DNA of 64,000 nt from a virus: the IMG/VR virus record IMGVR_UViG_3300009071_000006, one strand, 5' to 3'. Of this stretch, positions 8,304-15,205 are shown piece by piece. A program made the position numbers and the translations under genes. Positions within the stretch are counted from its first letter, which is position 1. Every line of letters begins with the position of its first letter. The notes beneath the pieces were generated by a model, which was given only the letters and a program-made list of their open reading frames with translations, was not told the DNA's origin and did not search any database.

Positions 8304-9414
8304 AATTTGTTATTCGCCTCGCTATCCATTCTGTACAATGAGATGTAATAGCGTTGCCTAGTATTTTATACCTTTGGTTGTCTGATAAATCAATAGTTCC
8401 ATTTTCTAAAATCCAACTGTTGTCGTCAAGCTTCAGTTTTTTTCCTTTTTTTGTAAAGTTATCAGGAAGCCCCTGCAGTCTTTCGCATTCTATTGGTGTT
8501 ATTTTTCTAACTCCTTCTTTGGTAGCAACTCCTACGCCCTCGCCTCCTTGTTGACTTCTCAATGTCATGCAAACATTGATTGACGATTTTGGAGTAGTAT
8601 CCCCATTCCAACTTACTGCAATTTTAGGACCGCTTCCATGAGTACCACCTACTGCTGTAGTGAGAGTGGAAGCTGTTTCTCCTGTGTGGCATCCGTTGTA
8701 AACATCAACTCCTGTAGAGACATATTTGCCGACTTCAGTAGGTTCTCCTTCAATACCTGAGGCATATTCTCTAACTTTCCTCTTCTCTTCGCCCTCAATA
8801 AGATACCCTTTGCCCCTTTCTCTGAAAGATAATATTTTTGAGATGGATTCTCCACTAATATCTCCGAAAGCGCCAAGTACAAAGATTCTTCTCCTGCGTT
8901 GAGGTACGGCTTGCCTAACTCCTCTTTTGTTGCTCCCTCCACTTTGTGGAAAACTGAATCCGACGTATCTAGAGTCCAATATCGTCCATCCGATTGAATT
9001 ATGCCCGACGTTGAGTAAGTCGTTGATGAGCCTCGCAAAGTCATCCCCATTGTTTGATGTGTGGAGTCCAACGACATTCTCAGCCAAGGAATACCTAAGT
9101 CCTCTAGTTCTGAGATGCTGAATAATTCTGATTGCGTGTTCATAAAGAGTAGATCGATTTCCCTTAAATCCTTTTCCTTTCCCTGCTATGCTTAAATCCT
9201 GACAAGGGAAAGAATAGATTAAGCCGTCGGCATCAGGCAAGTCTGCGGGATCAAGTTTTTGCACATCCGCAAACAAAGGTATATTGGGAAAGTTGTATTT
9301 AGCGACAGCAGAGGCATACTTGTCCCATTCAACCATAGCAACCACTTCATGTCCTGCTCTATGTAATCCTAAGTCTCCACATCCTGCTCCACTAAAGAGT
9401 GAAATCCACTTCAT
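8290..9414 (-). CDS. DNA (cytosine-5)-methyltransferase
   Basis: Canonical C5-MTase motifs in order: I LFSGAGCGDLG, IV SFPCQDLS, VI ENV, VIII QRRRRIFVLG, then TLRSQQGG, and IX/X ITPIECERLQGLPDNFT and GNAIT. Confidence 0.9.
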   Translation of the reverse strand: MKWISLFSGAGCGDLGLHRAGHEVVAMVEWDKYASAVAKYNFPNIPLFADVQKLDPADLPDADGLIYSFPCQDLSIAGKGKGFKGNRSTLYEHAIRIIQHLRTRGLRYSLAENVVGLHTSNNGDDFARLINDLLNVGHNSIGWTILDSRYVGFSFPQSGGSNKRGVRQAVPQRRRRIFVLGAFGDISGESISKILSFRERGKGYLIEGEEKRKVREYASGIEGEPTEVGKYVSTGVDVYNGCHTGETASTLTTAVGGTHGSGPKIAVSWNGDTTPKSSINVCMTLRSQQGGEGVGVATKEGVRKITPIECERLQGLPDNFTKKGKKLKLDDNSWILENGTIDLSDNQRYKILGNAITSHCTEWIARRITNYEEE

Positions 9415-9665
9415 TGAAATATGGAAGAGCGAGGAATATCTATTAACTCACAGGAGTTTTCTTTGTTAACTAAACAAGAGCGCAAAGAATTATCTAACCT
9501 AAGTGCCTCATTATGAATTTCCCTAATATCTTCCTGTAACCTTACAGCATTTCTATCTAAATTATTTATTGATATTTTTGCCTCTAAAGCCCCAAGCTTA
9601 AATGCTTGATCAATAAGTTGCTGTGTTTGTTTATATATTACTTGTGTTATTGTTCCTGTTCCCAT
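9411..9665 (-). CDS. Hypothetical coiled-coil protein, predicted leaderless
   Basis: ORF track frame. The ATG at 9665 (MGTGTITQ) lies 30 nt after the TTGACA at 9701-9696. Confidence 0.5.
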   Translation of the reverse strand: MGTGTITQVIYKQTQQLIDQAFKLGALEAKISINNLDRNAVRLQEDIREIHNEALRLDNSLRSCLVNKENSCELIDIPRSSIFQ

Positions 9666-9672
9666 TGTTAGG

Positions 9673-9701
9673 AACACAAAATAATACTTTAATTATGTCA
9701 A
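9673..9701 (-). promoter_or_regulatory. Sigma70-type promoter (TTGACA 9701-9696; weak -10)
   Basis: Minus strand GGTCTTGACATAATTAAAGTATTATTTTGTGTTCCTAACAATG. Confidence 0.4.
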
Positions 9702-9839
9702 GACCTATTTACTTTTTAATCTTTTGCTTAATTTGGATAATTAAATGAATAATTGTAAGTAGACCGCAAGTTGCACCAATCCAAGGAAGACCATAATTGC
9801 TCATCCAAAAGGTTATACCTGTGCCTGTCGCTCCTAATA

Positions 9840-10043
9840 TTACAGGGAATGATTCTCTGATTGTTTCCATGCTCTAACTTCTTGTTTAATTTTTCCTGAT
9901 TTTTTTTGTGTTATAAGAACAGGAGAAATTTTATGATTCAACACAGATGAAGCTTCTACTAGTTCCTTTGAAAGAAATAAAGCTAAACTCTTTGTATATC
10001 CTATTTTTTTAAACCTGTTGTACAATTGATTTCTCAATCTCAT
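9840..10043 (-). CDS. Hypothetical basic protein (67 aa)
   Basis: ORF track. The ATG lies 30 nt after the TTGACG at 10079-10074. Confidence 0.5.
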   Translation of the reverse strand: MRLRNQLYNRFKKIGYTKSLALFLSKELVEASSVLNHKISPVLITQKKSGKIKQEVRAWKQSENHSL

Positions 10044-10050
10044 GAATACA

Positions 10051-10079
10051 CTTAATCAAAAAAAATTAAATTGCGTCAA
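10051..10079 (-). promoter_or_regulatory. Promoter-like element (TTGACG -35) overlapping the stop of the upstream gene
   Basis: Minus strand TTGACGCAATTTAATTTTTTTTGATTAAGTGTATTCATG. Same -35-to-ATG geometry as the TTGACA set. Confidence 0.3.
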
Positions 10080-10294
10080 TTGGTTTTACCCAAAAGGACA
10101 TCCTCGCACCACTTGGATGCTTCTGCTAATGTTCCAAATTTATTACTCTCAACTATTTCTTCTTCTTTTCTTTTTTCCACTAACCATAATCCCTCATTGT
10201 ATAATAATTCTATTTTACAATTAGTTATTGTAGTTGTAGGTGTCGTTATAGTTGCAGATTCCTTATACCATTTAACATTTAGATTTCTATTCAC
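10076..10294 (-). CDS. Hypothetical protein (72 aa, GTG start)
   Basis: ORF track. The GTG lies 29 nt after the TTGACG at 10329-10324. Confidence 0.45.
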   Translation of the reverse strand: MNRNLNVKWYKESATITTPTTTITNCKIELLYNEGLWLVEKRKEEEIVESNKFGTLAEASKWCEDVLLGKTN

Positions 10295-10300
10295 AAAAGA

Positions 10301-10329
10301 CTAAATCTTTTTTATCTTAAGTACGTCAA
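10301..10329 (-). promoter_or_regulatory. Promoter-like element (TTGACG -35) immediately after a terminator
   Basis: Minus strand TTGACGTACTTAAGATAAAAAAGATTTAGTCTTTTGTG. Confidence 0.3.
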
Positions 10330-10334
10330 ACAAA

Positions 10335-10382
10335 ACCAAAAAAATAGCCCCCTCTCGTCACACCAAGTAAACGAGAGAGGGC
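10335..10382 (-). terminator. Rho-independent terminator
   Basis: Minus strand GCCCUCUCUCG-N14-CGAGAGGGGGC (11-bp stem with one G-U; 10382-10372 / 10357-10347), followed by UAUUUUUUUGGUUUUG. Confidence 0.75.
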
Positions 10383-10829
10383 AGAACAACAACAGTCTTT
10401 AAAATAACTGTGGTTGGTTTTTTATGTCAACGGAATTGGAAAAATTTATAAAAATGATTTCTATGAAAAACCATCTTACCCTGCCCTTCGCTTATCTCCA
10501 TTGAAGGAGTATGGGAATTTTACACACAATTTAATGCATAACCAATTTCACGAAGGACAGGATTTGACGGAAGAAGTAGATCATCAAATTAATGTTTTGT
10601 GGCTTATATTTATGTTTAAGTTTATGATGGAAGGCGCTGATTTTCTCGCTTTTCGATATTTCAATCTCTACTTCTTTTCTTATCTAGTAGTAGCTAATTC
10701 TATACAGTTGTCGTACGTCTTGACTACTTTTAGATAAAGTTTAAAAGTTTTTTTTTGGTTTTGAACTTTTGTTCCCTTCTTATTAGTCGTTTTGCTTGAT
10801 CTGTCGGTCACAAGTCCGTTGCTTAATAT
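10383..10829 (-). ncRNA. Candidate non-coding transcript (~450-490 nt) between promoter 10864-10859 and terminator 10382-10335
   Basis: No minus-strand ORF over 25 codons. Starts with the same ATCATATT sequence as the large RNA. Helices: AAGAAGUAGA (10677-10668)/UCUACUUCUU (10581-10572) and CUGUCCUUCG (10560-10551)/CGAAGGGCAG (10490-10481). Confidence 0.3.
10402..10430 (-). promoter_or_regulatory. Internal promoter-like element (TTGACA 10430-10425, N17, TTATTT) about 40 nt upstream of the terminator hairpin
   Basis: Minus strand CCGTTGACATAAAAAACCAACCACAGTTATTTTAAAGACTG. It shares the TTGACATAAA start with other promoters in the window. Confidence 0.3.
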
Positions 10830-10835
10830 GATTTA

Positions 10836-10864
10836 ATAAAACCATAAGTTATTATTTATGTCAA
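10836..10864 (-). promoter_or_regulatory. Sigma70-type promoter: UP A-tract, TTGACA, N17, TTTTAT, then TAAATCATA
   Basis: Minus strand AAAAAGGGTTGACATAAATAATAACTTATGGTTTTATTAAATCATATT. Near-identical to the promoter at 18401-18373. Confidence 0.55.
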
Positions 10865-10899
10865 CCCTTTTTGATATTTTATTTTAAAAAAGTTTTTCC

Positions 10900-10937
10900 A
10901 AAAGTCCTAGAACCCTTATAAACACTAGGGTTTAGCC
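10900..10937 (-). terminator. Rho-independent terminator-like hairpin after the large RNA
   Basis: Minus strand GGCUAAACCCUAG-UGUUUAU-AAGGGUUCUAGGAC (stem with one bulge), then UUUUGG. Confidence 0.5.
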
Positions 10938-10989
10938 TTTTTATTTTTTTAAAAAAACTTTAATTTTTTATTAAACAATTTGCAGTTTT

Positions 10990-12180
10990 CTAATTTAAAG
11001 AGTGCTAGACAAGGTAGGAGTCGAACCTACAAGAGGATAGATTAGACTGCATTCCGCACCTCTCTTATCACCACCTATTTGCAGTTAAGTTAGAACTTGT
11101 TAGCATATAAAATTGATTCGCCCTCACACTCAGCATTGGATTCCGTGTACTTTGGAAGTCGGCTCTAGTGTAAGGACTTGGACTTTGCCACAGGCAGATT
11201 TGACTGATTACCCTGCGAAGTTCTGATGTTATCTCACGGATTGATTCCGTCCGTCCCATTAAAATGTATCCATTGGCTTATCGTCACCTTGGTCAGATGA
11301 TCCGTTGCCTTGTCTTAACGCTTGCCTCACGTAATGCTCGCTTTCACTAAACGCATAGGAGGATTCTATAAGATAGGCTTAGGTATCTGAGTCAAGTTCA
11401 CTCGATGTAAGCACAACCTCAATGGATTAAAATAATTAGATGGCTCTCTGCGCCTCATGGAGTCGTTCGTTGCTCCATGCACCTTCTTCGATAGGGTGTG
11501 TGACTGAGGGTCAGTTGGCACTTACGCATACCTGTTTTATATCTCCGCTTATTAAGGATTCTCTATAATCCTCTGACCTACGACTTGCTTAACGCTTGTC
11601 TCTCCCGAAGAAGGGAAAGCCTACCATTCACAAGCCTTGGTTATTACCACGCTTTAAAGCGCAGAGAGCCATCTAAAAATTAATTTGCCTTTAGGTATGG
11701 TCTAGTACGACTATCGTGTATCACATTGCTCTAACCTATGAGATGGCATCATGAAAGTGGCAGTATCCACAGACATAACACTTGACTCAATAGGGAGTGT
11801 TTTAACACGAATAGCGTAGGCACATTGACCTAAAGACAAGATATTAACTTAGAGTCTACTTTCGTAGGAGAGTAGCTGATTTTCTCTATCCCTCGGTGTT
11901 TCATCTCTCTAAGCTAATATCAAAGTTACTCAATAAAACCTTCCGTTAGCAGGGGCGCCGTCTTCATCTAGGAGCGTCAAGTGGTATTGCCATAGATAGC
12001 AGGGACAAGCGTTAACTTGTTTGCCTCGTTCGATAAGAAAGATTCCTGTGAGCCTAATCGAAAAGTTTTACTGAATAACTTTTGTTATAGTTTTTGTTTT
12101 GATCGGCTTTTGGCTGATCCCCTCTTTAGTCTTTTTGGTCGTGTTGCCTTTTCTTTAGCTCAAGGTGCTTTGTTGAATAT
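10990..12180 (-). ncRNA. Large (~1.2 kb) structured non-coding RNA candidate, class unknown
   Basis: It has its own promoter and terminator and no credible ORF, and it is GC-enriched relative to its flanks. Helices: an 18-bp perfect helix (11676-11659/11453-11436) and a 15-bp helix (11921-11907/11854-11840) capped by a GAAA tetraloop hairpin, plus many local hairpins. The 3' end is tRNA-like. Confidence 0.6.
11004..11104 (-). ncRNA. tRNA-like module (T-arm plus acceptor-like helix) at the 3' end of the large RNA; not a canonical tRNA
   Basis: Minus strand GUAGG-UUCGACU-CCUAC (11030-11014) is a textbook T-arm. It is followed directly by CUUGUCUAGC, which pairs with GCUAACAAG (11104-11096). 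I could fold no anticodon arm. Confidence 0.4.
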
Positions 12181-12186
12181 GATTTA

Positions 12187-12215
12187 AACCTATTGCTTTT
12201 TTTCATAAATGTCAA
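12187..12215 (-). promoter_or_regulatory. Sigma70-type promoter of the large RNA: UP A-tract, TTGACA, N17, TAGGTT, then TAAATCATA
   Basis: Minus strand AAAAAAAATTTCAAAGTAGCTTGACATTTATGAAAAAAAGCAATAGGTTTAAATCATATTC. Confidence 0.6.
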
Positions 12216-12249
12216 GCTACTTTGAAATTTTTTTTAAAACTTTTTTTCT

Positions 12250-12288
12250 TAAAACGGCTAAGTCCCTGTATTCATAAGGGATTCAGCC
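12250..12288 (-). terminator. Rho-independent terminator-like hairpin after gene 12312..12500
   Basis: Minus strand GGCUGAAUCCCU-UAUGAAUAC-AGGGACUUAGCC (11/12 paired, including one G-U), then GUUUUAAG. Confidence 0.5.
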
Positions 12289-12311
12289 TGTAAAAAAAAG
12301 TTAAATATTTT

Positions 12312-12500
12312 TTATTTTTTTTCTGCACTTTTTGATTTTTCTGCAATTCTTGCTTGATCTATTAAGTTTTTTAGCGTCTCTAGCCTGTGCTTAATATTGC
12401 TCATAACTAAGTCTGACCCATTCCAATTTCTCACTTGCTGACTAAGTGCTTCGCGTTCTTCGTATATTGATTTATCTTTAGGTAAGTTTCTTGCTTTCAA
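12312..12500 (-). CDS. Hypothetical protein (62 aa)
   Basis: ORF track. Last gene of an operon, followed by a terminator. Confidence 0.5.
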   Translation of the reverse strand: MKARNLPKDKSIYEEREALSQQVRNWNGSDLVMSNIKHRLETLKNLIDQARIAEKSKSAEKK

Positions 12501-13080
12501 TGTTTTTTAATATTTGTTTTTGTTCATTTAATAATTCTTCCGCTTTTCTCCAAATTTTCATTCCAAACTGTGCCGTTTTTGTTCCGCATCTTTTTAATTT
12601 GGTAAGATTCCTTAATATTTCTTTATCTGTATATTCTATTATTTCATTTGTAAAAGGCTGTCCTGTAGCTGACTTCATAAGTTCCCCTATAAGGTAATGT
12701 CTAGTATTATAGAAATTATAAACATTTAAAAGCCTAATTAAAAATTGATCATCTAGAAGCTCAGGAAGAAACACATGGCAAAAATCCCATATTTCGCATT
12801 GCAGTAAATTATTTATCACATTATCTGCCTTGTCTGATATTTTCTTGTTTTCTTTTTCTTCAGGTGAAAGACAAAGGTAATCTAGTTTTTCTAGTGCATT
12901 AGATAATTTATCTTCTAGTGATTTTATTTGTTTAGCTTGGTTTTCGTTATCGCTAACAATCTGCTGTAGTTGGCGACTAAGCACCCCTAGCTTATCTCCT
13001 AAAATCGTAGGCATAGGATCGTAATGCTTTGGGTATCCATTGCCTTGGTAGTGGCTGTATGAGTGGCTTGAGTATATCAT
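12478..13080 (-). CDS. Hypothetical protein (200 aa)
   Basis: ORF track. No motif recognised. Confidence 0.6.
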   Translation of the reverse strand: MIYSSHSYSHYQGNGYPKHYDPMPTILGDKLGVLSRQLQQIVSDNENQAKQIKSLEDKLSNALEKLDYLCLSPEEKENKKISDKADNVINNLLQCEIWDFCHVFLPELLDDQFLIRLLNVYNFYNTRHYLIGELMKSATGQPFTNEIIEYTDKEILRNLTKLKRCGTKTAQFGMKIWRKAEELLNEQKQILKNIESKKLT

Positions 13081-13244
13081 TTTATAGCCTTTCTTAAATC
13101 CGCTTCATAGTCTTCTATATGACAAAATGGGCATTTACCATGCCCTTCGTCAGGACAGCACAATTTTCTTTTACAGACTGTAGAGCATGATGTTCCTAAA
13201 AGTATAAAAACTATACCTAGAAGAATCAGATTTATATTAAACAT
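13077..13244 (-). CDS. Small Cys-rich secreted/lipoprotein-like peptide (55 aa)
   Basis: Own translation: MFNINLILLGIVFILLGTSCSTVCKRKLCCPDEGHGKCPFCHIEDYEADLRKAIK. Signal-like N-terminus and 8 Cys residues. ATGA overlap with the next gene. Confidence 0.4.
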   Translation of the reverse strand: MFNINLILLGIVFILLGTSCSTVCKRKLCCPDEGHGKCPFCHIEDYEADLRKAIK

Positions 13245-13539
13245 ACTCTGTCTCTCTTATCTTTTTTTGAATCTCTTTGATAGATGTCGTGTTTTGACAT
13301 ACCGCATCTATGACCTTATTAAGAGTTTCTTTGATTTGTGCAATTTCATCTAGAGATAATACCGCAGAGTTAGATGCAAGCTTGTATGCTCCGTTTACTG
13401 AATGCGAACCTTCTATCTCAGGATGCGTCCATTTGCGTTTTTGTTTTCCGTCTTCTGTAATTATTACTTCAGACCACCCTTGTGATTTTAAATTATCCTT
13501 TTGGGCTTTGAGTTTCTTGTAGTAGCTTTTTTCTTTCAT
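13237..13539 (-). CDS. Hypothetical protein
   Basis: ORF track. Confidence 0.55.
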   Translation of the reverse strand: MKEKSYYKKLKAQKDNLKSQGWSEVIITEDGKQKRKWTHPEIEGSHSVNGAYKLASNSAVLSLDEIAQIKETLNKVIDAVCQNTTSIKEIQKKIRETEYV

Positions 13540-13768
13540 TTTCTATTAAATAATCTAGTTCTGTGTATACTTCGTCTAGAGATTCTCTGTCATTATACTT
13601 TTCCATAAACATAATTGCTGAGTTTAAATTTTTATGGAGTCTGTAAAGTTCTTTTAAAACATCTGCGCGAGCATTTAAATTGTGAGATAGTTGCATTACC
13701 CTACTTGCTTTGTGAGTAGGAGTATATAAGGAACTTGCTATGCGTTGTTTTATATCCATTTTTCCCAA
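13493..13768 (-). CDS. Hypothetical protein
   Basis: ORF track. Confidence 0.55.
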   Translation of the reverse strand: MGKMDIKQRIASSLYTPTHKASRVMQLSHNLNARADVLKELYRLHKNLNSAIMFMEKYNDRESLDEVYTELDYLIENERKKLLQETQSPKG

Positions 13769-13974
13769 GTGTGTGCGCTGTACCTTACACCCTCGTATTT
13801 AAAGGTCAATAAATCCCTACCAAATATGTCTTCTTCTATTCCTAGAAACTCGCAGTTATCTACCTGTACATCTATAAGTTTTCCGTTATGAATCATACTT
13901 ACCATTGCAACTCTTACAGGCTCTGCATTTTGCTCATCAATGTTTTTTTCACTCATGTAGCTCATAATTTCCAT
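13750..13974 (-). CDS. Hypothetical protein
   Basis: ORF track. Confidence 0.55.
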   Translation of the reverse strand: MEIMSYMSEKNIDEQNAEPVRVAMVSMIHNGKLIDVQVDNCEFLGIEEDIFGRDLLTFKYEGVRYSAHTWEKWI

Positions 13975-14192
13975 TCCTTATCTGTTGCAGACCACATGAG
14001 TTTACCAAAAGTTTCTAACTCATGTTGTGCTGTTCTATAATTAAAAACTTCTTCTTCTATTTCATCAGAATCAATTTCTGCTCCTGTGCGAGAAAATAAA
14101 TTTAATACCTTTCCTGTTTCTTCACAGGTGTAAACCTCAATATCGTCATTTACTACAAGGCACTCGCTTTTTGCATCTTCAAATATTTTCAT
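13962..14192 (-). CDS. Hypothetical acidic protein
   Basis: ORF track. Confidence 0.55.
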   Translation of the reverse strand: MKIFEDAKSECLVVNDDIEVYTCEETGKVLNLFSRTGAEIDSDEIEEEVFNYRTAQHELETFGKLMWSATDKEWKL

Positions 14193-14416
14193 ACAGGTAC
14201 TACCCTTCCTACTCTTGCTCCAAAGTTAAACCTACGAAAGTTGTCTACTTCTAAATCATAAACTACTTCTGAGGTTTCGTCTTGTAGTGCTACAACTACT
14301 TTATGAGGGTGAGCGCGAAACTTCATGGTGCGAACCTCTCCGCTTGCTTTGGTGAAAGTTCCTACGTAAACCTTAAACTCGCTAAGGTCAATTTCTGTGT
14401 TGTTGTCTTGTGGCAT
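14189..14416 (-). CDS. Hypothetical protein (75 aa)
   Basis: ORF track frame. Start moved to the ATG at 14416, which is preceded by AAGGAGA with 8-nt spacing. Confidence 0.6.
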   Translation of the reverse strand: MPQDNNTEIDLSEFKVYVGTFTKASGEVRTMKFRAHPHKVVVALQDETSEVVYDLEVDNFRRFNFGARVGRVVPV

Positions 14417-14438
14417 TGTTGTTGTCTCCTTTTTATAA

Positions 14439-14588
14439 TTATTTAATGCGGATAAATTTTGCAATTTGGTAATTAGTGTAAAACTTCCACTCTCCTGTTG
14501 CGATTACTTTGAAGTCTACTCCATGAGAAGTTGCTTTAGTTGCTTGAAGTTTTTCGTTAGTGATTAAGTTGGTGTATGTGTTGCTCAT
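14439..14588 (-). CDS. Small protein (49 aa), predicted leaderless
   Basis: Own translation: MSNTYTNLITNEKLQATKATSHGVDFKVIATGEWKFYTNYQIAKFIRIK. The ATG lies 29 nt after the TTGACA at 14623-14618. Confidence 0.45.
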   Translation of the reverse strand: MSNTYTNLITNEKLQATKATSHGVDFKVIATGEWKFYTNYQIAKFIRIK

Positions 14589-14594
14589 ACCCTT

Positions 14595-14623
14595 AACTAT
14601 ATGGAAGAAATGTTTTCTGTCAA
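14595..14623 (-). promoter_or_regulatory. Sigma70-type promoter: UP A-tract, TTGACA, N16-17, TATAGT
   Basis: Minus strand TTTTTTTAAAAAAGTCTTGACAGAAAACATTTCTTCCATATAGTTAAGGGTATG. Confidence 0.6.
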
Positions 14624-14651
14624 GACTTTTTTAAAAAAAGTTTAAATTTAT

Positions 14652-14975
14652 TCAACTTCTTTTTTTCCATCTGTCATTAATCTTATAGTAAGTAGTTGAC
14701 TTTATGCACTTGCCGTTGTGTGTGCTTGCCACTTGCACTTCTATCATGCCCATTGCTAATAACTGCTTTACCACACTAGTAGGCTTTTCTTCCCTGTCTA
14801 ATAGTGTAGCTACATCATTTGCTACCCAATTAATAATTCTCTCTCGCTCATCTTCTATTGCCTTGAGGATTGTTTTTTCTGTTCTCCAATTCCACTCAGG
14901 TTTTAATAATTCTATCAAAACTCTTCTTTGTAAAAAAGTAAATTCACACAATGATATAGTTTGGTAATTTTTCAT
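14652..14975 (-). CDS. Hypothetical protein, possible winged-helix DNA-binding
   Basis: ORF track frame. The start at 14975 forms an ATGA overlap with the upstream stop. The wHTH idea is only a weak impression. Confidence 0.5.
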   Translation of the reverse strand: MKNYQTISLCEFTFLQRRVLIELLKPEWNWRTEKTILKAIEDERERIINWVANDVATLLDREEKPTSVVKQLLAMGMIEVQVASTHNGKCIKSTTYYKINDRWKKRS

Positions 14976-15205
14976 TTTAATCTTTCTAAGAACATTGCGC
15001 ATTGTTCAATCTGATAAGTGTATTTTAACTTACTGACTATCTCAGTTCCTTTTTCATTATCCTCAAAATGTACATCACCTTCCATTGCTACTAAGATTGC
15101 CTCAAGTCTTTCTATTTCATGCTTTATCATGCTTGCTATGCTTTGACGCGCATCACTTACTCCTCTCTGATACATGACATCGCAGGCAATATCTTCACCC
15201 ATCAT
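14972..15205 (-). CDS. Hypothetical protein
   Basis: ORF track. Confidence 0.55.
   Translation of the reverse strand: MMGEDIACDVMYQRGVSDARQSIASMIKHEIERLEAILVAMEGDVHFEDNEKGTEIVSKLKYTYQIEQCAMFLERLK

Noticed and set aside
10414-10737. 107-codon plus-strand ORF in the second non-coding unit.
   Set aside because: It has a TTG start with no Shine-Dalgarno and no in-frame ATG near the start. Its sequence is hydrophobic and poorly protein-like. It lies entirely between a minus-strand promoter and a minus-strand terminator whose hairpin has a U-run only on the minus strand.
10715-10760. Inverted copy of the promoter core (GTCTTGACT on the plus strand) next to an A/T block.
   Set aside because: The A/T block is on the wrong side for an UP element on the plus strand. 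The -10 candidates (TAAAAG) are weak, and the minus strand reads GTCAAG rather than TTGACA. It is probably a degenerate promoter remnant.
11004-11104. Calling the T-arm element a bona fide tRNA gene.
   Set aside because: I could not fold a 5-bp/7-nt anticodon arm or a normal D-arm. The acceptor-like helix needs a bulge, and the length (~100 nt) does not fit. It is kept only as a tRNA-like module pending tRNAscan-SE/ARAGORN.
11068-11259. 63-codon minus-strand ORF inside the giant RNA candidate.
   Set aside because: It has no RBS and lies in the GC-rich structured region. Its product is Arg/Ser-rich with no recognisable features. The surrounding 1.2 kb has stops in all other frames.
11436-11676. 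The 18-bp perfect inverted repeat as the termini of a MITE-like insertion.
   Set aside because: This is not excluded. However, I see no clean target-site duplication (flanks aaaataa / aaattaa differ). The enclosed 205 nt is itself full of hairpins continuous with the rest of the RNA, and no second copy exists in the window. It is recorded as the main alternative explanation in the finding.
10990-12180. tmRNA, or a group II intron, as the identity of the large RNA.
   Set aside because: I found no tag-peptide-like reading frame ending in Ala-Ala-stop, and the acceptor pairing partner is only ~90 nt away rather than at the 5' end. The GAAA hairpin at 11869-11858 lacks complementary flanks of domain-V type. 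There is no 5' GUGYG, no intron-encoded ORF and no interrupted host gene.
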